From a virus (Duplodnaviria; Caudoviricetes), in IMG/VR virus record IMGVR_UViG_3300042451_000960: a DNA stretch of 64,000 nt; one strand, given 5' to 3'. This document shows positions 1 to 9,775 of the stretch, one piece after another. Under the pieces are notes generated by a model. That model had not been told where the DNA came from and did no database searches. It was given only the letters and a program-made list of their open reading frames with translations. The position numbers and the translations under genes are program-made. Position 1 is the stretch's first letter. Each line of letters begins with the position of its first letter.

Positions 1-3000
1 CCTTTTGCAAAATCAATCGCAGATACAGTTTGCTCTAATTGAGAACCAGTTGCTGCTGATGCTGTTAGGAAATAAACAATACCAGCATTAGCACTACTTT
101 CATTACCACTATAAAGTATATCAGTTGCTACTGCATCTATTATAAACCCAACATCTCTGCTACAACTTGCTTCGTTATATTGGAAACCAACCCAAGATGA
201 TGAAACGTATGCTATTGTTTCAGCTTGTATGAATGGTTTGTTATTAATCAATAAATCATAAGTTGCTAAAACATTAGGGTCAGTTGATGCTGAACCATTT
301 GGTATTACTTGCGGTGTTGATATTAAATTACTATTTATTATTTCACCTGTTAATCTTCTAGCATAATCAATTGCTTGCGTTGTTTCACTCTTTTGTTCAG
401 ATGTAATTGCCAATGATGGATATAAATAATAGAACTCACCAGCTTTATTACTTCTTTCGTTTCCACCATATAATAGGTCAGTTGCTACCGCATCTACGAT
501 ATATCCTACATCTCTCTTACACTTAGATTCAATATAATCCAAATCAGGCCACTTAGCGTTTACAAATGCTACAGTTTCTTCCTGTATAAATGTTTTATTA
601 TTTTTAACTAAGTTGTAAGCGTATTGGTTATTAGAATCTGGTGATACGAATGATGAACCACTCACAATCATTCTTGATAATCCTTTAGCGTATCTTACAC
701 CAGTTAATGTTGGTTCTAGTTGAGAATCGGTAGCTTGTGACGGATAATCATAATAATATCTACCAGCTACCAAACTTCTTTCATTACCACCATATAATAG
801 GTCAGTTGCTACCGCATCAACAATGTATCCAATATCTCTCTTACAAGTTGTTTCATTGTAATCAAAACCTTGCCATGAAGAACTTAGGTATGCAATAGAT
901 TCACTTTGTATGAAATGTTTATTTGCTCTTAATGCTGACCAAGACGATGATGCCGGTTGTAGTAGTGAAGATGATATATGTTGTAATACAATATTTTGTA
1001 CAACTTTTTCAGATATACCGCTTGCATATTTAATAGCTGTGATTGTTTGGTCTAATTGAGAACCTGTTGCTGCTGAAGCCGATTCGAAATAGTATTTACC
1101 ATTTACCAATGATGCTGAGTTACTTCCGTAAATCAAATCAAAAGCTGCTCCACTAATAATTAATCCCAAATCTCTTTCACACTTACTTTGGTCATAAACA
1201 AACGTACTCCAAGATGAACTCATATAAGAAATTGTTTCATCTATAATCATTTGCTTATTATCTAATAATAAGTTATAAGCTGATGTTACTTTTGAATTTG
1301 TATTTGCTGATGAGGTTGGTATGTATTCAATTGAACTCGTACCATTGTTTTGTAATAAATCAACAACTAACGCAAAAGATGATGAAATTAATTTAGCTTG
1401 CAATCTTTGTGCCCCACTTCCACTTATAATTTGCGGTGTGGTAGTTACTTTAATTGAAGCCGAAGTATTTGATATTAATGTTGGAATTTTTGTAATACCA
1501 TCTTCAATTATATCCAATACAATATTATATAAATTAACAATTCTATTTACTTCATTAGTACTTCCACTACCCAATTGGTTATAAACTGCTGATGTTGTTT
1601 TTATAGAACTACTTGCGTTTGCTACTAAAGTTTGTAAAGATGCTGTTCCATTATTAACAATATTAATTATATTTGCATAAGATGAACTTACATTTGAAAC
1701 TTGTGTGTTATATGTTCCACTTCCCAAACTTTGAGTTATAGAAGATATATGCCACAATGTTGGTGGGATTAATTCAAATCCATAATTAAAGTTGCTTACC
1801 AATGAATCAGGTAATGATGCACTTCCGTTATAAATTATATCTCTTATTAAATTAAATGAAGATGTTGTTTTACCAACTTCTAAATTACTAGCAGATATTG
1901 ATGAAGATACAATTATCTCTGATGTTACTTTGATAGCCGCATTTGTATTTGTTACTTTTGTTGGTATTACATCTAACCCACCTTCAATTATTTGAGTAAC
2001 CAAAGAGAATGATGAACTAACATTTGATATTTGTGATTGTGAAGCACTATACGAAGATGTATATTGTGCAACATTTCCAACTTTAATATTATTTGTTGTA
2101 TTTGTTTCAAAAGTTACGGTATCCAAAACATCGTTAGTAACAACACGCTTAGCTACTTCTTTTACATAGTTTATAGCATCAATAGTTTCTTTCTTTTGTG
2201 CAGATGTTGTTGCTAATGATGGGAATTTATAATAATACAATCCAGAAGCTGCGCTTCTTTCGTTTCCACCATAGAGAATATCAGTACCAACCGAATCTAA
2301 AATAAATCCAACATCACGAGAACAACTTGCTTCATTATAAAGTAAATAAGGATAGAATGCTCTTATGTATTCAATAGTTTCGGTTCTTATTAAACTTCTA
2401 TTTTGTTTTAATAAGTTATTTACATTTTTAGCTTCATTTGATGCGGTAACAAATACATCACCCAAAACAATTTTTTGTGATAACCCACTTCCATAATGTA
2501 TTCCAGTTATAGTTGGGTCTAATTGATTTGTTGCAGATGGTACTCCACCAATTGTTGCTGATGATGGGTATATATAGTAAAACTTACCCGCAGTTATACT
2601 TCTTTCATTACCGCCATAAACTAAGTCAGTTCTTACAGCATCTATAATATATTTAACATCTCTCTTACACTTTGCTTCATTGTAATATACCGTACTCCAA
2701 GAAGATGATACATAAGCAACAACCTCATTTGCTATAAAGTTTTTATTCTTTTCTAATAAGAACGAAGCGTTTCTTTTATTAATACTTGCTGTTTCAAAAA
2801 TAATATTTTTTACAACTTTTTGAGATACTTTACTTGCGTAATTTATACCATCTAAAGTTTGTATTAATTGTGAACCGGTTGCGGCAGAAGGATATAAGAA
2901 ATAATACTTTCCAGCAGTTATTGCTCTTTCGTTACCACCATAAATTAAATCGGTTCTTGCTGCATCAATTATATGCCCTATATCTCTCTTACAAGTTTGG

Positions 3001-6000
3001 TCATTATATTCAAACTCTCCCCAAGAAGATGATAGATATGCAATAGATTCACTTTGCACAAAGTGTCTATTTTCAAATAATAAATTAGATGCGTTTAATA
3101 CATCAAATGTTGGTAAACTTAATTGAGTATTTTTAATTACTTTTTGTGCTAATTTACTTGCAAACTTAATACCATCAATTGTTTGATTTAATTGAGAACC
3201 AGTTGCTGCAGATGGGTATTCTAAATAGAATCTACCATTTACTAACGATGCTGATAATGAGCCGAACAATAAATCTTCCGCAGCACCACTAACAATTAAT
3301 CCAACATCTCTTTTACATTTTTCTTGGTCATAACTAAACCCATACCAAGATGCTGATAAATAAGCTATTGTTTCATCTTTGATGAAGTTGATATTTTGTT
3401 TTAATAAATTATATGCATAATAAACATTAATATCATTTGAAGCTACTACATAAGATGATGTTGGTAATGATAATGAATTAGTATATTGATTTACGCCAGA
3501 AATAATATCACATACTAAAGATATAGATTGGGAAACCAATAAAGCTTCTACATTTGAACCTGAGAATGATGATGAAATATATTGTGGTGTTGAAGTTACT
3601 TTTACGTTTCCTGCTGAATTTAGGACCATAGTTGGTACTACACCCAATCCACCTTCAATTATTTTTGTTACAATTGAGAATGAAGAACTTACTAAACTAG
3701 ATTGAGTATCAGTTGCACCACTTCCACTATATTGAGTGGCATTTGTAACTTTAATACTTGCTGATGTGTTAAGAACAATAGATGGTAAAGAGCCCGTTCC
3801 ATTTGATATTATTCTTGATACTAATGCAAATGATGAACTTATAGCAGTTGCTTCAACTGAAGTTGCTACTGAACCTGTGTATTGTCCGTTATTCGTAACT
3901 TTTATTGATGAACTATAAGAAGAACTTATAGCTGGATAGTATGAACTCCCACTATTAATTATTGTTGTTACTATACCAAACTTGCTTTCTAAACTTGAAG
4001 TTAAATTAGCACTTGATGTAGTTGATGTTATTTGAGTTCCACCACTTATATTAATTGGATTTGTTAAGCTCCAATTTTGATTATTGTGTTGAGCTAATAC
4101 TGAATTTACATTATTAGGTCCTCTTTTTATAACACCTTCAATAATAGAAAAAGAACTACTAATTGAATTTTGTTCAGTTATTGAACCAGAGAATGATGAT
4201 GAATAATGTATTTGATTTGTTATTTTTATTCCCTTTTCAACATTTGTTATTATACGTGGAGTATCTAATAAAATATTTTGAGCTATATAATCACCAATTA
4301 TTTTTGCATATTTTATACCACCAATTGTTTCTCTTTTTTGTATTGATGTTGCAACAGATGGATAATCATAATAATATCTACCAGCTGTAATACTTCTTTC
4401 ATTACCACCATATAAAAGGTCAGTTGCTACCGCATCTACAATATATCCAACATCCCTACGGCACTTACTTTCATTATATGTTAATTGTGGATATGCAACA
4501 TTAATAAATTGAATTGTTTCGTTTTGAATTAATTCTTTATTTTGCTTTAATAAATTGTATGCAGCTTTACTTGATGTACTTGGTAATACTAAAGTATTTT
4601 TCTTTATTATATTATCAACTAAACCATAAGCATATTTTATAGCAGTTGTTGTTTGGTCTAATTGATAACCAGTTGCTTGTGATGGATATAAATAATAAAA
4701 TGTTCCCGCCTCAATACTTCTTTCGTTTCCACCATATAAAAGGTCAGTTGTCACCGCATCTAAAATATATCCCACATCTCTACTACAACTTGCTTCATTA
4801 TAATCAAAGTTTGACCAAGATGAGGAAAGGAATGTTATTACTTCATCTTTAATAAATTGCTTACTACCCGTAATCGCTTCAACAGAATCTAATACAGCTA
4901 TGGAAGGTTCTACAAATGTTTTATTTTTTAATAAATTTTCCGATAATCTTGCTGCGTATTTTACACCATCTAATGTTTGTGATTTTTGAGTATTTGTTGC
5001 TTGAGATGGTATTTCATAATAAAATCTTCCAGCAGTTATACTTCTATCGTTACCACCATATAATAAATCTAAAGCTACGGCATCAATAATATATCCAACG
5101 TCTCTTTTACAAGTTTCTTGATTATAATAAAACTCACTCCAAGATGAACTAATATAATTTATTACTTCATTTTGTATAAAAGATTTACTTCCCGTTAAAA
5201 TTTCATATGCATTTATTATATCGGTATTTTCGCTTGGTGTTAAACTTCCCGATATTGTTTCTGGATATGTTAGAGTATTTTCAATTAAATATCTTGGTGT
5301 TGTTGATGAATTTACAACACTAAATGCTCCACCTAAAGTATCATTGGTGGATGCCACATAATACAAATCATTTGGAGCATCATATGGAACTGTAAATGTA
5401 ATAGTTCCAACACTATCTCCATTATTTATTACTCCTTTATTATAATCGTATCTACTATCAATACCATCAACCTTTGCTGTTCTTATCCAAAACGGATAAT
5501 CAATACCACCAACTGCCGCCGATGCACTTATGTAAAATTTATAAGTTAAACCTCTAAATAATTTTATTGTAGGATTTTCACCAATAGTGCTATCTTCCGA
5601 ATCAATAAATTTATAAGAAGAACTATTAGTATTTGTAACAGTAAATTCTTGTTGATGATTATTTGGTATAGTTTCTATATTACTACCAGTACCTCTTGCT
5701 ATTATATTATATATTGTACTAAAACTAGCACTTACTTCGTTTATCGTAGATAGTGAAGAAGAAATACCAGTACTAAATGGTGCTGCTGTTCTGTAAATGT
5801 ATGAATTAGTATTTGTTACTAAAGTTGGTATTTGTGTTAAACCTGTTTTTAATATAGAAATTACCGTACTAAAAGATGATGATACACTTCCAGTTATTGC
5901 GTTACTTGCTACTAAAGTTGGATACTCAGGATTATTATCACTTATTTTAATCTTATACTCATTTGAAGAAGTATAGATGTAAGAACCAGTACCATCACTA

Positions 6001-7490
6001 AAAATACTTAATAAAGCCGCATAAGATGCACTTATATGATTTAAATTTTCTAAAGATGCAGATTGTGATGATGTAATTTGGGTTGCTCCTAAAATATTGT
6101 ACGGAGATGTAAACCCATATCCTTTTATTGATGATTTTGCCAAAAGTGTAGGATAATTATCTACACCATTTTGAACAATTTCGCTCACCAAATTATAATC
6201 AGCAACAACTTCAGCTGCTACATCAGCAGATGCTGCATTACTTCCACTTAAATAATATTGCGTAGCTACAGAAGTAGGTACAACTCTAATTCCTTCTACC
6301 GTATTAAGTGTTGTTACATCTGGTAATCCATCTAATCCTTTATTTAATACATCTACAACAACACTCCATCCCTGTCTTACTTTATCTCTACCTTCGATAA
6401 AACCACCACTACCACTAATTAAACGAGAACCAGATGCGTACATACCATATAAACCAAACGAAATGTTTGAGTTGTTTAGGGTAGCATGTCCACCATTGTT
6501 TACTCTAATTGCATAATATGAGAAGTTATTAAAGAAAGATACCAACTGAATGAATCCTCTACCATTTACCAAACACCCTACACCGTTTGGAGAAATCTGC
6601 GTATAAGCATCCAATACCATTGAAGCCAACGGAGAATCAGAATTTATCACATCACCATTAACATACAAACCACCACCACCCGGCGGAATATCTTCGTAAA
6701 GTTCGGTAAATGAATTTTCTTGGTTAGAAATCTGCGAGCAGTTTTGAATGTATGGTGAAGTTGTAATAAATGCACCAGGTTGGAAAGCAAATCCAAACCC
6801 CTTTTCAGGGTTTATTTGATCTGGATATAATCTCAATCCACCAACAGTTACCTCAGCCACATAACATCCAGAGTTTACCCAAAAAAGGTCTTCTGTGGGA
6901 TTCTTAGCATTAATTTTCGTAATACGCAAACCAGCACCCCATATTGTAGTATTCTTAGGAAGTATCACAGGATTGTCCTCTAAATACGTTCCCGCTTGAA
7001 CTTTAATTACATATCCATTATAGATAGAACCAGTATCAAAACCATATCTACCATCGTAGCCAGGTTGCGATAATGCAGCCGCTCTTTTAATTGTACGAAG
7101 TGGATATTGAATACTTCTACCATCATTATTATCATCACCATCGGTAGAAGAAACATAAAGTGTAGGTAGGTTGGCACCAAAATCTTTTGCAAGGATACCA
7201 GCATATCTTTCGGTATCAATTGCTAATTGCGATTTGGAAGCAGTTACATTTAAAGTATTATCACCAACTATTGAAAAATTACCATCAATAGTCATTGAAC
7301 CTGTTACAAATACTGAACCTGTAATTTCTCCTTTATCATTCAACGAATCGCCTAAAAAGAAATCATTATCTATTTGTATAGAACCACTAGAAAAAATACT
7401 TCCACCAACAATTAAATCTTGTCTAACCGTCAGCGAACCACTTATATCCTGTTGTTCTTCAATCTGTTTACGAGGTATCAGTCTTGCCAT
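1..7490 (-). CDS. Giant (>2496 aa, 3'-truncated at window edge) virion fibre/structural protein: N-terminal anchor, pectin-lyase-like beta-helix, degenerate cupredoxin-like domain, 11 phycobiliprotein-like helical repeats
   Basis: Not in ORF track (no stop before the edge). ATG at 7490 overlaps upstream TAA (TAATG). Manual translation MARLIPRKQIEEQQDISGS..., YVSSTDGDDNNDGRSIQYPLRTIKRA, SPYIQNC; all 11 repeat Cys codons and the last codons at the window edge fall in the same frame. Confidence 0.9.
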   Translation of the reverse strand, partial: MARLIPRKQIEEQQDISGSLTVRQDLIVGGSIFSSGSIQIDNDFFLGDSLNDKGEITGSVFVTGSMTIDGNFSIVGDNTLNVTASKSQLAIDTERYAGILAKDFGANLPTLYVSSTDGDDNNDGRSIQYPLRTIKRAAALSQPGYDGRYGFDTGSIYNGYVIKVQAGTYLEDNPVILPKNTTIWGAGLRITKINAKNPTEDLFWVNSGCYVAEVTVGGLRLYPDQINPEKGFGFAFQPGAFITTSPYIQNCSQISNQENSFTELYEDIPPGGGGLYVNGDVINSDSPLASMVLDAYTQISPNGVGCLVNGRGFIQLVSFFNNFSYYAIRVNNGGHATLNNSNISFGLYGMYASGSRLISGSGGFIEGRDKVRQGWSVVVDVLNKGLDGLPDVTTLNTVEGIRVVPTSVATQYYLSGSNAASADVAAEVVADYNLVSEIVQNGVDNYPTLLAKSSIKGYGFTSPYNILGATQITSSQSASLENLNHISASYAALLSIFSDGTGSYIYTSSNEYKIKISDNNPEYPTLVASNAITGSVSSSFSTVISILKTGLTQIPTLVTNTNSYIYRTAAPFSTGISSSLSTINEVSASFSTIYNIIARGTGSNIETIPNNHQQEFTVTNTNSSSYKFIDSEDSTIGENPTIKLFRGLTYKFYISASAAVGGIDYPFWIRTAKVDGIDSRYDYNKGVINNGDSVGTITFTVPYDAPNDLYYVASTNDTLGGAFSVVNSSTTPRYLIENTLTYPETISGSLTPSENTDIINAYEILTGSKSFIQNEVINYISSSWSEFYYNQETCKRDVGYIIDAVALDLLYGGNDRSITAGRFYYEIPSQATNTQKSQTLDGVKYAARLSENLLKNKTFVEPSIAVLDSVEAITGSKQFIKDEVITFLSSSWSNFDYNEASCSRDVGYILDAVTTDLLYGGNERSIEAGTFYYLYPSQATGYQLDQTTTAIKYAYGLVDNIIKKNTLVLPSTSSKAAYNLLKQNKELIQNETIQFINVAYPQLTYNESKCRRDVGYIVDAVATDLLYGGNERSITAGRYYYDYPSVATSIQKRETIGGIKYAKIIGDYIAQNILLDTPRIITNVEKGIKITNQIHYSSSFSGSITEQNSISSSFSIIEGVIKRGPNNVNSVLAQHNNQNWSLTNPINISGGTQITSTTSSANLTSSLESKFGIVTTIINSGSSYYPAISSSYSSSIKVTNNGQYTGSVATSVEATAISSSFALVSRIISNGTGSLPSIVLNTSASIKVTNATQYSGSGATDTQSSLVSSSFSIVTKIIEGGLGVVPTMVLNSAGNVKVTSTPQYISSSFSGSNVEALLVSQSISLVCDIISGVNQYTNSLSLPTSSYVVASNDINVYYAYNLLKQNINFIKDETIAYLSASWYGFSYDQEKCKRDVGLIVSGAAEDLLFGSLSASLVNGRFYLEYPSAATGSQLNQTIDGIKFASKLAQKVIKNTQLSLPTFDVLNASNLLFENRHFVQSESIAYLSSSWGEFEYNDQTCKRDIGHIIDAARTDLIYGGNERAITAGKYYFLYPSAATGSQLIQTLDGINYASKVSQKVVKNIIFETASINKRNASFLLEKNKNFIANEVVAYVSSSWSTVYYNEAKCKRDVKYIIDAVRTDLVYGGNERSITAGKFYYIYPSSATIGGVPSATNQLDPTITGIHYGSGLSQKIVLGDVFVTASNEAKNVNNLLKQNRSLIRTETIEYIRAFYPYLLYNEASCSRDVGFILDSVGTDILYGGNERSAASGLYYYKFPSLATTSAQKKETIDAINYVKEVAKRVVTNDVLDTVTFETNTTNNIKVGNVAQYTSSYSASQSQISNVSSSFSLVTQIIEGGLDVIPTKVTNTNAAIKVTSEIIVSSSISASNLEVGKTTSSFNLIRDIIYNGSASLPDSLVSNFNYGFELIPPTLWHISSITQSLGSGTYNTQVSNVSSSYANIINIVNNGTASLQTLVANASSSIKTTSAVYNQLGSGSTNEVNRIVNLYNIVLDIIEDGITKIPTLISNTSASIKVTTTPQIISGSGAQRLQAKLISSSFALVVDLLQNNGTSSIEYIPTSSANTNSKVTSAYNLLLDNKQMIIDETISYMSSSWSTFVYDQSKCERDLGLIISGAAFDLIYGSNSASLVNGKYYFESASAATGSQLDQTITAIKYASGISEKVVQNIVLQHISSSLLQPASSSWSALRANKHFIQSESIAYLSSSWQGFDYNETTCKRDIGYIVDAVATDLLYGGNERSLVAGRYYYDYPSQATDSQLEPTLTGVRYAKGLSRMIVSGSSFVSPDSNNQYAYNLVKNNKTFIQEETVAFVNAKWPDLDYIESKCKRDVGYIVDAVATDLLYGGNERSNKAGEFYYLYPSLAITSEQKSETTQAIDYARRLTGEIINSNLISTPQVIPNGSASTDPNVLATYDLLINNKPFIQAETIAYVSSSWVGFQYNEASCSRDVGFIIDAVATDILYSGNESSANAGIVYFLTASAATGSQLEQTVSAIDFAK
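162..5111 (-). repeat. 11 protein-level repeats C-x-R-D-[VIL]-G-[YFLH]-I-x-D-A-x-x-x-D-L-L-Y-G-G-N, mostly 324-bp period, in three blocks
   Basis: Cys codons at 5109, 4785, 4461 | 3315, 2991, 2667, 2322 | 1179, 843, 519, 162 (one copy has K in place of the G); spacings within blocks 324-357 bp. Confidence 0.9.
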
Positions 7491-7876
7491 TATACTACTT
7501 CTGCTATTTTACCTTTTATTTCAAAATTGCTAACTAATACATCGGCCGGAACTCTTGTAATAGCTTGATTAAATGTAACAATTATATTATTATTCCCAAA
7601 ACTGACATCATATCGGTTTTGTGGCTGTTTAACTCCAAATAAATATACATCAATATAATCCTTCACTTTATCTACTTGTAAATTATCTACTATAAATCTC
7701 TTATTAAATAAAGAAAGTGTAAATAATTCTCCAGTTTCATCTAAACTAATTGCATTTGGATTAAATTGATAAATAAATGTATCAGTAACTACACCAGTTA
7801 CAAATGATTTAAAATCCATTCTATCTCTTTTTTTAAGAGTAGTTCCTAATTCTATATTTGGTGTTGTTCTATTCAT
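7490..7876 (-). CDS. Hypothetical structural protein (beta-sandwich, paralogous to neighbours)
   Basis: 128-aa ORF, coupled overlaps on both sides; IDVYLFG...RY...F...IKGK motif shared with the two upstream genes. Confidence 0.7.
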   Translation of the reverse strand: MNRTTPNIELGTTLKKRDRMDFKSFVTGVVTDTFIYQFNPNAISLDETGELFTLSLFNKRFIVDNLQVDKVKDYIDVYLFGVKQPQNRYDVSFGNNNIIVTFNQAITRVPADVLVSNFEIKGKIAEVV

Positions 7877-8241
7877 AAATCAGTATTATCTATATTTTCA
7901 ACATCTCCATTTATTTTAACCTCATCGGTTTCATCAATTATATATGGGTTTCCAAAACGGTCAAATTCAGGAAATTTTTCTCTCTTAAATTTTATATAAA
8001 AATCATTATTTATATTTTGAAAATAATAATCTTCTTCTCTTATAAATAATCCATTTACAAATACATCAAATCTTGCAATTGGTTTTCTAAATTCTTCTAA
8101 TTTTGAAAATAAAGTTTTTATTCTTACATTTTCTATTTTGAAAATCCAAAAATTAGGATGTTGCAAATCAAATGGTTCTGCAACGAACTCATTTGGTGCA
8201 TTAACCTCTTTCATAATATTTTTTAATTGTCTTATATTCAT
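7873..8241 (-). CDS. Hypothetical structural protein (beta-sandwich, paralogous to neighbours)
   Basis: 122-aa ORF; FDVFVNG...DY...F...DEVKING motif. Confidence 0.7.
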   Translation of the reverse strand: MNIRQLKNIMKEVNAPNEFVAEPFDLQHPNFWIFKIENVRIKTLFSKLEEFRKPIARFDVFVNGLFIREEDYYFQNINNDFYIKFKREKFPEFDRFGNPYIIDETDEVKINGDVENIDNTDL

Positions 8242-8242
8242 A

Positions 8243-9304
8243 TTATAATTGTTGGAATTTTCCTGTTATTGCAATTTCATCATTATCATCTAATACAAAT
8301 GCTAATCCAGTAAAAGTAAATAATAATTGATTAGCTACTCCATCAAAAGTATATGTGTATTTATCAGGAGAAATAAAATCTCCATTTATATAAATTCTAA
8401 ACCAATTTAAAACATCAAAAGATTCTGCTAAAACAGGTGGTAGAATTGGTATTCTAACATTTGTTAATCTAGCAGTATTTGCTGTTACAAATTCTGCTAA
8501 TTGAGAACCTCTGATTGCAACAAAATCAATTATATCTGCATATTCATTATAAAGAGATGGTTGTGTAAATAAGTTTCCTGTTAAATCAGTTTCAACACCA
8601 AACACAACTCTTTTTGGACTATATGATTTTTTAATTGTAGGTTTTTCATTATATCTTTCAGGCAATAAGTAAGCGTTTACAACCATAGTAAACGTTGTAC
8701 GAATTACTCTTTCAGAACCCTGTCCAACTTCTTGCTGATTTTCAAATGAATCAATTTGTGCTTTAAATTTGAATCCATCTTCTTTACCCCAATATCTTCC
8801 TGTTGCAAATTGGAATGCTTCAACTATTTTATTCATATGTTCGGTAAAAGAAGTCCAAATCATTACTTCATATGTAATTGTTACATAATCAGGTACAGTT
8901 ATACTATACAATTCATAAGCAGGTGTTACTCCATTTTGTAAACTAAATCTTTCGTATCTATTTTTTGGAGAATATTTTTTATAAGTACCAATTGTATTTA
9001 CTTCTCTAAAGTTTGCAAGAGACTCATTTCTTTCAATTGAATTTCTTTTGAACATTACCAAAGGAATTTGTATTTTACCTCTTTGGTCTCTTAAGTATCC
9101 TTCTTTTCTAGCACCTGCCCATCGTTCAGCATTACCATACACAAGAGGAACTCTTACAACCTTTTCATTTTCTTCCAAATCAGGTATTACCACATCCCCC
9201 ATATATTCGGCAATAGCAGTATCAACATCAATAAGTTTTACACCTTTTATGAACTCCTTTTGTATTGGTAGTTGTTTGGCTCTATTTGTTTGTTTTTTAT
9301 CCAT
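8243..9304 (-). CDS. Tail terminator / sheath stabiliser, gp15-like, with C-terminal beta-sandwich extension
   Basis: VPLVYGNAERW and IPLVMFKRNSI motifs; position after gp13/gp14-like genes. Confidence 0.6.
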   Translation of the reverse strand: MDKKQTNRAKQLPIQKEFIKGVKLIDVDTAIAEYMGDVVIPDLEENEKVVRVPLVYGNAERWAGARKEGYLRDQRGKIQIPLVMFKRNSIERNESLANFREVNTIGTYKKYSPKNRYERFSLQNGVTPAYELYSITVPDYVTITYEVMIWTSFTEHMNKIVEAFQFATGRYWGKEDGFKFKAQIDSFENQQEVGQGSERVIRTTFTMVVNAYLLPERYNEKPTIKKSYSPKRVVFGVETDLTGNLFTQPSLYNEYADIIDFVAIRGSQLAEFVTANTARLTNVRIPILPPVLAESFDVLNWFRIYINGDFISPDKYTYTFDGVANQLLFTFTGLAFVLDDNDEIAITGKFQQL

Positions 9305-9771
9305 TATACCACTCTCATTTCAGTTTGAATACTACTTCTTCTAGTCATAAATGTAGAACATGTGATAGAGAACTTTTCACCATCTCCTGTTTCAACCCTA
9401 CCACCAATTAAAAAATCTTCAGTTACATTATCAATTTCAAAATACGCCTCATTATGAAAAATAATATCACCAACTTCCGGATAGAATCCCTTATCTTTTA
9501 ATGTAAATCTATTAAAACGAAATTCTACATTTTGATTAGCATCAACACCAAATCCTTCGTAGTTTGCTGTTGTATCATCTCTTTGAATAATTGCTGTGCA
9601 CTCTACACCTTGATAATATGTTTTATTTAGGGATTCTCCATAAAGATTTGTCTTGCTATCTTCAATAACAAGTTTATAGAGAACTACCGCAGTTTCAATT
9701 ACCGCATCTACTAACTCTCTAGAAATTCCCTCAAAAAATTTTATATCTCTCGCTAATGCAAACCTTGCCAT
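9304..9771 (-). CDS. Neck protein, gp14-like head closure
   Basis: 155 aa between gp13-like and gp15-like genes; PEVGDIIF...YFEIDNV beta-barrel pattern. Confidence 0.55.
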   Translation of the reverse strand: MARFALARDIKFFEGISRELVDAVIETAVVLYKLVIEDSKTNLYGESLNKTYYQGVECTAIIQRDDTTANYEGFGVDANQNVEFRFNRFTLKDKGFYPEVGDIIFHNEAYFEIDNVTEDFLIGGRVETGDGEKFSITCSTFMTRRSSIQTEMRVV

Positions 9772-9775
9772 AATA

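Noticed and set aside
162-5111. Interpreting phycobiliprotein-like repeats as proof of a cyanobacterial host
   Set aside because: Promoter and leader signatures point to Bacteroidota and no photosynthesis genes are in the window; host remains an inference either way.
7007-7219. Listed 70-aa minus-strand ORF
   Set aside because: Out-of-frame nested ORF inside the giant 1..7490 gene; other nested minus ORFs (22862, 28008, 32097, 61894) are rejected likewise.
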